Source: Dehalococcoidia bacterium | GTDB taxonomy: Bacteria > Chloroflexota > Dehalococcoidia > Bin125 | Direction: 5' to 3' | DNA length: 64,000 nucleotides | Assembly: GCA_963662615.2 (NCBI GenBank) | Contig: CAXXSR010000001.1 | Location: 1,344,001-1,408,000 of the forward strand | Shown here: one piece after another, positions 50,674-59,106 of the stretch | Position numbering within the stretch: the stretch's first letter is position 1 | Layout of the letters: every line of letters starts with the position of its first letter | Notes under the pieces: model-generated | Databases searched by the model: none | Told to the model about the DNA's origin: nothing | What the model saw: only the letters and a program-made list of their open reading frames with translations | Program-made: the position numbers and the translations under genes

Positions 50674-50837
50674 CCTGTCCTTCTTTCTAGGGAAGGAGCC
50701 CGTCGAAGGGTCGAAAGGCGACCGAGTCCTGCACCCCCTCTCCATCGCTCACCGATGGAGAGGGGGCTGGGGAGTGAGGTCATCCCGTCACCCTGACCCG
50801 TTCGCCCTGACCCGTCCTTCCGTCTTAGGAAGGAGCC
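50660..50837. repeat. REP-like palindrome between two 41-bp direct repeats
   Basis: Direct repeats 50660-50700 and 50797-50837; 14-bp perfect stem 50734-50766. Confidence 0.8.
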
Positions 50838-50992
50838 TGCCAAAGGAGCGAACGGCGTCGACGCGGCCGGGCCTGACCTTGACGCCATCCGCTACCCTGC
50901 ACCCTGTTCGGGACGCTGGCGCCGTGGCAGAGCCGCGGCGCCCCTACCCGGCCTGAAGCAACAACGGCAGGAGAGAAAGGACACGGAACACC

Positions 50993-51562
50993 ATGACGCA
51001 AACGACAACCGAGCCGCGGATGCTCAACGGGGTCAACGTCGATACCCTCTACGCGACGCTGGACGCCATCAAGGGTCAGCCGGACCTCGGCAAGTTCCAG
51101 TTCCGCACCAAGAACCGCTGGATCGACGGGGCGCACAACCAGACCACCATCACCGACTTCTACGGCGCCGGCCAGGACCAGCCGCACACCCAATCCTTCA
51201 CGATCGACGCGGGCGAGCCCGCGGTGTTGTTAGGGACCGACACGGGGGCGAACCCAGCAGAGGCTGCCTTGCATGCTCTTGCAGCCTGCCTCACGACAAC
51301 GCTCGTCTACTCCGCGGCCGCGCGCGGCGTGAAATTGTCGGAGGTTGAGTCCACCCTGGAAGGGAACTGCGACGTGCAGGGGGCCCTGGGCCTCTCGGAC
51401 GACGTGCCCAACGGCTTCCAGGACATCACAGTGCCGATCAAGATAAAGGGCGACGCCCCACGCGAGAAACTTCAGGCGATTGTCAAGAATGCTCAGGCTC
51501 GATCGTTCATCTTCGACACCATGAGCAGGGAGATTCCGGTCAGCGTCAAGCTCGTGGACTAG
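50993..51562 (+). CDS. OsmC family protein
   Basis: NGVNV, GEPAVLLGTDTGANPAE...LAACL. Confidence 0.88.
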   Translation: MTQTTTEPRMLNGVNVDTLYATLDAIKGQPDLGKFQFRTKNRWIDGAHNQTTITDFYGAGQDQPHTQSFTIDAGEPAVLLGTDTGANPAEAALHALAACLTTTLVYSAAARGVKLSEVESTLEGNCDVQGALGLSDDVPNGFQDITVPIKIKGDAPREKLQAIVKNAQARSFIFDTMSREIPVSVKLVD

Positions 51563-51744
51563 CCCTCTCTCAGCGCTGTTGATCGAGCAAGGAGCCCGTG
51601 CCATCCCGGAGGAGCTTGCCTCGGGTCCGACTGCACTTCAGAGAGGACGGTCCGACATAGGATCGGAATCTGCGTCCGCGGCCGACGACAGGGGTCCGGC
51701 GCGCGGAAAGATCGTTCGGACCGACGGCGGCTGAGGAAGAACCG

Positions 51745-52161
51745 ATGGCGACGGACGCGAACCCAGCGCAAGCCCTGACGGTCGGCGAGGCATTGTTGGA
51801 GGCGCTCTGTGCCCGCGCCTTCGATCGCGTTGAAGGCATCCTTGCCCCCGACATGCGGATGCGTACGCTCCTGCCAAGTGGGCACCACGACTACGCCGGT
51901 GCGGGCGAAGCCACAGCGGCGTTTACCGATTGGTTTGGCGGGGCGGACGACTTCGAGGTAGTCCAAGCCGGCGCGAATGAGGTCGCAGAGGCTCGCTTGC
52001 ACCTCTCCTATCGCTTCCGCTTGCGACGACCGAGAGCGGTGCATACCGAGGTCGTCGAGCAGCACGCGTTCTGCAAAGTTCTCGACGGGCGGATCGTAAC
52101 GATCGACCTGGTGTGCTCCGGCTTTCGACCTGCCCCGGAGAATGCCGGCGTCGTTCAGTGA
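51745..52161 (+). CDS. SnoaL/NTF2-like protein
   Basis: LAPDMRMR...FTDWF...EQH...DGRI...CSGF pattern. Confidence 0.7.
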   Translation: MATDANPAQALTVGEALLEALCARAFDRVEGILAPDMRMRTLLPSGHHDYAGAGEATAAFTDWFGGADDFEVVQAGANEVAEARLHLSYRFRLRRPRAVHTEVVEQHAFCKVLDGRIVTIDLVCSGFRPAPENAGVVQ

Positions 52162-52336
52162 AACGAAGCTAGCGGCCGAGACGCCCCTGGAGGTGCACAA
52201 TTCCATCCCCGGAGTCGGAGAGAGTGGTGCCCTCCCACATCGAGCCCGCACGGCGTCGGCGCTGGGCCGGCCGCTGTGATGGCCGGCGTGCTCGAACCTC
52301 GCTGAGCCGCCCACAAGAGTTCGGGGGGATCGTGGC

Positions 52337-53536
52337 GTGAAGGGGACGGATTACGACATCGTCGTCGTGGGCGGTGGCGTCTGCGGCGCGAGCCTGGCGA
52401 CAGTGATGGCGCGAGCCGACACGCGCGTCCTGGTGTTCGAACGTGAAACGCAGTTTCGGGACCGAGTGCGTGGGGAGTACGTTGAGCCCTGGGGCGTGGC
52501 GGAACTGCACGCGCTGACCATCTACCGCACCCTCAAAGAGGCAGGGGCACACGAGCTGCTGACATTGACGACCGGCTCTGCCCGCAAGGAGCCCCGCGAC
52601 CTGGTCCGGACCTCGGCGCCTCGGCGGCCCGCTCTGACCTTCTACCATCCCAGCGCGCAAGAGGCCCTGCTGAACAGGGCGGCCGCCGCCGGGGCGGAGG
52701 TCCGGCGCGGTGCATCGGTGCGCAAGGTCCGGCCGGCCTCGCCACCGAGCGTCGTGGTGCATCACGACGGGCGCAGCGAGGAGATCACCGCTCGACTGGT
52801 CGTGGGCGCCGACGGGCGCAGCTCACTGGCGCGCAAAGCACTGGCACCGGCCGATCACACCAACGACCAAGCGCGCCTCATCGCCGGCGTGCTCCTGGAC
52901 GGCGTATCGACGCCCGAGAACAGCGCCCTGATCGCCATGAACCCCAAGGCGAGCCTCGTTGCCTATCTGTTCCCGCAGGGTGGGGGACGCGCTCGGGCCT
53001 ACGTGGCGTTCCGAGCAGGCGCCTGCGAACCCATGCGGGGCGAGGGCGATCTCGATCGCCTGATCGACGCCAGCGTGGAGGCCGGAGCGCCGGCCGAGGC
53101 GTATGCGGGCGTCACCGCGAGCGGGCCACTGGCGACGTTTGCGGGTACGGAACGCTGGGCGGATCATCCCTATCGGGATGGCGTCGTCCTGATCGGCGAT
53201 GCGGCCGGCATCAGCGACCCCACCTGGGGGCAGGGCCTCTCGCTGGGCTTCCGCGACGTGCGCGTGCTGCGCGACCTTCTGCTGGCGAGCCAAGACTGGG
53301 ACGCGGCCGGGCACGCCTATGCGGTCGCGCACGATTGCTACTTCCTCACGACCCTGAAGGTGGTGGGCTGGGTGACCGAGTTCTTCTTGGGCGTGGGTCC
53401 GGAGGCGGACGAGCGGCGGGCGCGGGCGCGGCCCCTCGCGCGCCAAGACCCCACGCGCGTGCCCGATCACATTGTCAGCGGGCCGGATCTTCCGGCGGAC
53501 GAGACCGTGCGGCGCCGCTTCTTCGGCGAGGAGTAG
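52337..53536 (+). CDS. FAD-dependent monooxygenase
   Basis: VVGGGVCG, VGADG, LIGDAA...PTWGQG. Confidence 0.9.
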   Translation: MKGTDYDIVVVGGGVCGASLATVMARADTRVLVFERETQFRDRVRGEYVEPWGVAELHALTIYRTLKEAGAHELLTLTTGSARKEPRDLVRTSAPRRPALTFYHPSAQEALLNRAAAAGAEVRRGASVRKVRPASPPSVVVHHDGRSEEITARLVVGADGRSSLARKALAPADHTNDQARLIAGVLLDGVSTPENSALIAMNPKASLVAYLFPQGGGRARAYVAFRAGACEPMRGEGDLDRLIDASVEAGAPAEAYAGVTASGPLATFAGTERWADHPYRDGVVLIGDAAGISDPTWGQGLSLGFRDVRVLRDLLLASQDWDAAGHAYAVAHDCYFLTTLKVVGWVTEFFLGVGPEADERRARARPLARQDPTRVPDHIVSGPDLPADETVRRRFFGEE

Positions 53537-53804
53537 GGCGATCCCGGTCACCGTGGAGTTGCCCAGCGACTAGCGCACATCGGGTCGGTGGGCAGCGGCA
53601 GCCGGTCGCTGTCGGGCCGGCCCCCTCTTTGCGCCAATGTCTTCGCGCCAATGCCTTCGCCCCAAAAGCGCGCGCGGCGGCGGCATCGCCAACAGCTGCG
53701 ACGCTGGTACCCTCTCCCTCGTCCCGCAGTAGCGCCCCTACAACTGCGGAAGCGACGGGGCGTCTCGCCGCCGGGGAATGCAGATGACGGGGCTCCGCTT
53801 GAAG

Positions 53805-54527
53805 ATGCATCAGCCAACGCTGCGCCTCGCCGCGCTCCTCGCGCTCGCCGCGCTCCTCGGCCTCTCCGGGACGCACGCGCTCCTCGGGGCCCAGGGGGAC
53901 GGCGCCGGAGAAACCCCCGAAGTCGGGGCCTTGCAGCTCCCGCAAGGGTTGAGCCTTGTGGGCTGGTTCGGCGGGCCCACGACCTCTGCGGAGTTGCTCG
54001 CCGCCAATCCCGCCATCCAGCGCATCTGGTCGTTCGATCCCGACCGCCGGCGCTGGATCCTTGACGCGCCGGAACTGCCGGTCGCGCTTCGCCCCACCAT
54101 CGAGATCGTTCGCGGCTCGGGCTTTTTCGTCGTCGCCGCGCACCGCACGACGCTCCTCGTCCCGCTCGCCGGCCCTCCCATCGCCAACGTCTGTCCCCGT
54201 CCCAGCCCCGTCCGCTTCGCCGACCCCACCATCATCGTGCGCGTGCCCACGCCGGGCGCGCTCGTATCGAGCCCGCTCCCTCTCGACGGCACGGCCGGCG
54301 TCTTCAACGCCACCATCCGCATCCGCATCGTCGCTGCCGGCGGCGCCATCCTCGCCGACACCTTCACGACTGCGGCCGCCGCCGGCCCCGCCCGCAGCCC
54401 CTTCGCCGCGGACGTCGCCTACGCCGGAAGCGAACAGCGACCCGGCTGCCTCCAGCTCTTTGAGGAGTCCCCCAACGACGGCAGTCTCATCAATGAAGTG
54501 CAGGTCCCGGTCATCCTCGGTCCCTGA
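53805..54527 (+). CDS. secreted protein with Gmad2 immunoglobulin-like domain
   Basis: Signal peptide; PGALVSSPL...GTAGVFNAT...EESPNDGS. Confidence 0.7.
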   Translation: MHQPTLRLAALLALAALLGLSGTHALLGAQGDGAGETPEVGALQLPQGLSLVGWFGGPTTSAELLAANPAIQRIWSFDPDRRRWILDAPELPVALRPTIEIVRGSGFFVVAAHRTTLLVPLAGPPIANVCPRPSPVRFADPTIIVRVPTPGALVSSPLPLDGTAGVFNATIRIRIVAAGGAILADTFTTAAAAGPARSPFAADVAYAGSEQRPGCLQLFEESPNDGSLINEVQVPVILGP

Positions 54528-54707
54528 CCCCCACGCCGCCTCACCCGCCACCCCAGCGGCACATCATCTCTAGCTGACGACACCAGCGCTCGGGGCGACC
54601 GACGGGGGCAACGCGCACCGCGGCCGAGTTGAGCAGCACCTCTTTGGCGGAGCCCGAATGCGTCAGGCACCCGCCGACCGCTCCACGACCGCTCAGACTG
54701 GCACCGC

Positions 54708-55814
54708 TCAGACGGGCGAAGCCTGTTTCGCAGTCAGGACGCCCAGATGTTCAATGAGCGGGGCGATCTCGGCGCGCGTGTGCTCGGCCATCAGACAGAT
54801 CTGGAAAAGATTGCGCTCCGCCAGGTACTCGCTGCGGTAGCTCAGCAAGAACCCCTTGCGCTCACAGGACGCACCCAGCGCCGTGGAATCCAACTCGGGC
54901 GGCAGCACGACGGTCAGCACGGCGGGGGACGCGACCGACTCAGGCGCCAGGACGCGAAGCCCCAGTCGCCCAAGCTCGGAACGCAACCACCGCGCCAGGT
55001 TCTCCGTCCGCGCAAAAAGCTGGTCGGAGCCCGCCGCCCCATGTTCCGTGTGAAACCGGTCCAGAGCAGCGTCCAGCGCATACACGAGGTTTGAGGATTG
55101 GGAGAACGGGACGCCTTGGCTGCTCGCGTAGATCCCCAGGTCAAGATAGCGCGGGATCTGGGGGGACGGCGAAATCTCATGGTGGTAGAACACCATTGCC
55201 AGCCCCGGGAAGCTGCCCAGACCCTTGCCGCTCACGCCCGACGCCAGGAACACGCCGCCCAGGTCCACCGGCGCCGTGCCGATCGAGCTGACCGCGTCGA
55301 GGCACAAACGCACTCCCTGCTCGCCGCTAATCCCTTTCAACGAGTCCAGGTCGGACAGCACGCCGGTTGACGTCTCACAATGCACGGCCCACAGCCACCG
55401 CACGTCGCGATTCGCCGCCAGCGTTGCGCGGATCTCGCCGTACGGAATCGCTTTGCCCCACGGCGCGGAGATGCTGTCGAACGACAGCGCGAACCGCTTC
55501 GCATGCTCCCGAAGGCGGTCACCGAACTCACCGTTGCTCACGATGAGGCCCCGCTCGCCACGCACCGAGAGTTGAGCGCCGATGGCGTCGTTGGCGAGCG
55601 TGCCCGACCCCAGCAGCAACTCGACCCGCCTGGCGCCTACCAACTCGCACAGCCGCTCTCGGACCTGTTGCGCGTCGTCCAGGAAAGAGCGCGCGCGGTG
55701 CGAGACGGCGCTTCGCATGAACGCCTCTCGCACCCGTGGCTGGATGGTCACAGGTCCCGGGAGCAGGTTGACGATTTCCAGATCCGCTTCAGGGGCCCGA
55801 CTCAAGACTCTCAC
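54708..55814 (-). CDS. class V PLP-dependent aminotransferase-fold enzyme
   Basis: LLPGP, GSGT, NGEFG, HCETSTG, DAVSS, SGKG (PLP Lys). Confidence 0.9.
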   Translation of the reverse strand: MRVLSRAPEADLEIVNLLPGPVTIQPRVREAFMRSAVSHRARSFLDDAQQVRERLCELVGARRVELLLGSGTLANDAIGAQLSVRGERGLIVSNGEFGDRLREHAKRFALSFDSISAPWGKAIPYGEIRATLAANRDVRWLWAVHCETSTGVLSDLDSLKGISGEQGVRLCLDAVSSIGTAPVDLGGVFLASGVSGKGLGSFPGLAMVFYHHEISPSPQIPRYLDLGIYASSQGVPFSQSSNLVYALDAALDRFHTEHGAAGSDQLFARTENLARWLRSELGRLGLRVLAPESVASPAVLTVVLPPELDSTALGASCERKGFLLSYRSEYLAERNLFQICLMAEHTRAEIAPLIEHLGVLTAKQASPV

Positions 55815-56391
55815 CCCCGTCGCCCCCCGGCCCGCCGCGCCTCTGGAGACGGTGAATCGTCTTTTTCAGCGTTGGCCATGTGATGCACATGCCTTGATAG
55901 AGAGCGCCCTCGTCACCCAGCCGCGGGCCGAACGGCTCGAAGCCCAAGCGACCATACATCCTTTCCTGGTCCACGTGGCCGGAGATGACGGCAACGTCAT
56001 AACCCTTCCCCTGGCAGTGCCACATCAGCAGCCGCAGCAGTCCGGCGAACACCGGGCCCCGCCGATACTTCGGTTCTACGGCCAGCAGGCGAATCTCGCA
56101 GGGCTTCGACCGGCCTGCCGGCAGATAGGAGTCAAGCTCGGGCAGCTTGCGGTCCAGGCTGAACGGTCGGCGTCCGCTCATCGCCACCATGCCCACGAGC
56201 CGTCTCGCGTCCAGGCAGATCAGACACGTGCTCCGCTCAAGGTAGGGGTCCGCCAGCCGTCCCCACTCGTTCGACTCGTGCTGCGGGATCTCATCCACGA
56301 AGGTCCGGTAGTTCAGGGCGGAGACTTGTCCGAACTCCTCGGGCTCGCTCGCCACCTTGAAGGTGAGACGCGATTGCAACGCACGCTCCAC
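55789..56391 (-). CDS. GNAT-fold N-acyltransferase
   Basis: LNYRTFVDEIPQH, CEIRLLAVE...YR, MYGRLGFEPFG; AGGAG RBS. Confidence 0.85.
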   Translation of the reverse strand: MERALQSRLTFKVASEPEEFGQVSALNYRTFVDEIPQHESNEWGRLADPYLERSTCLICLDARRLVGMVAMSGRRPFSLDRKLPELDSYLPAGRSKPCEIRLLAVEPKYRRGPVFAGLLRLLMWHCQGKGYDVAVISGHVDQERMYGRLGFEPFGPRLGDEGALYQGMCITWPTLKKTIHRLQRRGGPGGDGGESLESGP

Positions 56392-56399
56392 GACACTCC

Positions 56400-57368
56400 T
56401 CAGCTTGACGCCATCCGCGCCTCGGCCTTCCGCCGGCGTGCGTATCTGCCAATATTCTCTCGGTTCCTACTGAGGGTGATCCCCGCCAGCAGCAGCACCA
56501 CCGCTTCGCGCATGCCAACGCCGTTGCGCAGAATAACCAGGGCGGGTACGAGGGAGGCTGTCACCAGGCCTCGTCCTCCGAACCGCCGCAGCGTAAGAAA
56601 CGTCGGGAAAAAGATGAAGACGATGACGCGCGCCGCGGCCAGATGGTAGACGGTCAGGACCCCGGCGGCTGTGGCCGCCCCCTTCCCACCTCGGAATCCC
56701 AGTTGCGCCGGCCAGATGTGCCCCACCACCACCGCCACGGCGACTGCTCCCAGCGCCGCGCCGTCCAGGCCCGCCGCCTTGGCCAGCTTGACGGCCGCCG
56801 CTCCCTTGGCGCAATCGAACGCGAAGACCCCTGCGAACGCGGCCTTCCCCAAGACGCGCCCGGCGTTGGTCGCGCCGGTGCTCCCCGACCCGATCTCCCG
56901 GACATCTTCGTTGGCGAGCAGACGCACCGTGTAATAGCCGGCGTTGACCGCCCCCAGCGCGTAGCTGCCGAGCACGATCAGAACCTCACGCCCGCGTCCG
57001 CGGACCGGCGGCCCCTCGATGCCCAAGCGGGCCCGGCCGGCCCCGGCGCCGTCCCTGGGACGAGTGGGGCTGCCACCGCGCCTTGCATCAGCCCACCAGA
57101 GCAGGAGGGCGCTGAGGACAACGAAGGCCAACGAGATTGCTGTTTCCCTTCCCACCCCTGTGGACGGCGGTGCCTTCTCTGGACTCAAGGCCTCTGACGC
57201 AACCGTCTCGGGCGGCCCCGTGCATCCTCGCCGACGATCGGGCCCCGAAGCGTCCGCAACGAAACTCCGCCGCCTTGGCCGCGGCTCGCACCGCCCTCCC
57301 TTGGCCTGGAACGTAGCACACGGCGTCGCCCCAACGGCGGCGCACGGCTGGCGGCCTGACCGACGCAC
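56400..57368 (-). CDS. PlsY-like acyl-phosphate acyltransferase (5' end uncertain; conserved domain starts near 56990)
   Basis: SYALGA, GSGSTGATN, DCAKG, GHIWP, FRGGKG, RENI. Confidence 0.8.
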   Translation of the reverse strand: MRRSGRQPCAAVGATPCATFQAKGGRCEPRPRRRSFVADASGPDRRRGCTGPPETVASEALSPEKAPPSTGVGRETAISLAFVVLSALLLWWADARRGGSPTRPRDGAGAGRARLGIEGPPVRGRGREVLIVLGSYALGAVNAGYYTVRLLANEDVREIGSGSTGATNAGRVLGKAAFAGVFAFDCAKGAAAVKLAKAAGLDGAALGAVAVAVVVGHIWPAQLGFRGGKGAATAAGVLTVYHLAAARVIVFIFFPTFLTLRRFGGRGLVTASLVPALVILRNGVGMREAVVLLLAGITLSRNRENIGRYARRRKAEARMASS

Positions 57369-57455
57369 CGACCGGCCACTTCGCCACTTGACGCGCTCCG
57401 CCGCCGGCCTAGGATCGGGAGACGCCGCAAGACCAGGAAAGGGGAGGAGCCCGCC

Positions 57456-57749
57456 ATGCCCAGCTACGTCGTCCTCGGCAACTACACCGACCAGGGCGTC
57501 CGCGCCATGAAGGACCTGGAGAGCCGCCTAGGCGGCGTGAAACAGCAGATGGAGCAGGCCGGCGGGCGCATGATCGCCTGGTACCTCACCATCGGCCCCT
57601 ACGACTTCGTCGCCGTGACGGAGATGCCCGACGCCGAGACCGCCGCCCGCGTCCTGCTCGAGATTGGCGCTCAGGGCAACGTCCGCACCACCACCATGCA
57701 GGCCTTTACCGAAGAGGAAGCGATCGGGATCGCTCGCTCCCTGACCTAA
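57456..57749 (+). CDS. GYD domain protein
   Basis: YTDQG, TIGPYD, GNVRTTT; GGAGG RBS. Confidence 0.9.
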   Translation: MPSYVVLGNYTDQGVRAMKDLESRLGGVKQQMEQAGGRMIAWYLTIGPYDFVAVTEMPDAETAARVLLEIGAQGNVRTTTMQAFTEEEAIGIARSLT

Positions 57750-57795
57750 CCTCGGCCGGGATTCCGGTCACAGGCGCCGCATGGACGGCCGGCCG

Positions 57796-59028
57796 TCAGA
57801 TCGCGCCCTCTGCGCGCGCCTGCGCGATCTCGGCCTCGCCGTAGCCCGCCAGCTCCCGCAGGATCTCCTCCGTGTGCTCCCCCAACGACGGCGACGCCGT
57901 CACCTCCACCGCTGAGTCCGACAGCTTGATCGGACAGCCCACCGTCTTGAACCTGCCCCGTTGAGGGTGCTCCACCTCCACCACCCCACCCCGCGCCGCC
58001 AGCGACTCGTCCTCCAGCAGCTCCTTCATGTCCAGGATCGGCCCGCAGGGCACGTTGACCTCGTTCAGCGCCCTCATCGCCTCGAACTTGGTCAACCCAC
58101 GTGTCCACTCCTCCACCACACCGAACACGTCGTCCAAAAGGGAGAGGCGCGCCTCCGGCGTGGCGTACTCCGGCTGATCGATCAGCTCCGCCCGCCCACA
58201 CAGCTTCATCAGCGGCGCCCAACCCGGCGGTTGGATGATCACGTAGATGTAATCGTTGGGCCCGCCCGGCTTGCAGCGCAGCGCCGCCCCCGGCTGCCCC
58301 CCTCCCGACGCGTTGCCGGCACGCGGCACCGCCTCCCCCAACGTCTCGTTGGGATACTCGTCCAACGGCCCGCTGGCCAGCCGCTGCTGATCGCGAAGCT
58401 TGACGCGGCACAGGTTCAGCACGGCATCCTGCATGGCGACCTCCACACGCTGGCCGCGCCCCGTCTTTTCCCGCTGCAACAGCGCCGCCAAGATGCCCGC
58501 CAGCGTGTGCACGCCCGTCCCGGAGTCTCCGATCTGCGCGGCCGAGCTGGTCGGCGGCCCGTCCTCCCAGCCCGTTGTGCTCATCGCACCGCCCATCGCC
58601 TGCGCAACGGTCTCGTACGCCTTCAACTCCGCGTACGGCCCCGGACCAAACCCCTTGATCGACGCGTAGATGATTCGCGGATTGAGCCGTTCGATCACCT
58701 CCCACGGGAACCCTTGCCGGTCCAGCGCGCCCGGCGCGAAGTTCTCCACGATCACGTCGCAACTCTTCAGCAGGCTCTCGAAGATCGCTTTGCCCGTCCC
58801 GGTCTTGGTGTTGAGGGTGATGCTGCGCTTGTTGCAATTGAGCATCGTGAAGTAGAGGCTGTCCACGTCCGGCAGGTCCCGCAGCTGCCCGCGCGTGATG
58901 TCGCCCCGGCCCGGCAACTCCACCTTGATTACGTCGGCGCCCAGCCAGGCCAACAACTGCGTGCAAGAAGGACCTGCTTGCACGTGGGTCATGTCCAGCA
59001 CGCGGGTCCCGTCCAGAGCTTGTGCCAT
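57796..59028 (-). CDS. frc: formyl-CoA transferase
   Basis: [49 protein letters not shown] glycine loop. Confidence 0.93.
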   Translation of the reverse strand: MAQALDGTRVLDMTHVQAGPSCTQLLAWLGADVIKVELPGRGDITRGQLRDLPDVDSLYFTMLNCNKRSITLNTKTGTGKAIFESLLKSCDVIVENFAPGALDRQGFPWEVIERLNPRIIYASIKGFGPGPYAELKAYETVAQAMGGAMSTTGWEDGPPTSSAAQIGDSGTGVHTLAGILAALLQREKTGRGQRVEVAMQDAVLNLCRVKLRDQQRLASGPLDEYPNETLGEAVPRAGNASGGGQPGAALRCKPGGPNDYIYVIIQPPGWAPLMKLCGRAELIDQPEYATPEARLSLLDDVFGVVEEWTRGLTKFEAMRALNEVNVPCGPILDMKELLEDESLAARGGVVEVEHPQRGRFKTVGCPIKLSDSAVEVTASPSLGEHTEEILRELAGYGEAEIAQARAEGAI

Positions 59029-59106
59029 GATCGTCCTCGCTGCGCGTTCGCGCGCTCACCACGCCGACGCCGCCCGCCGCCGTCGCTTCCGCATCGCCCC
59101 GAGCCG

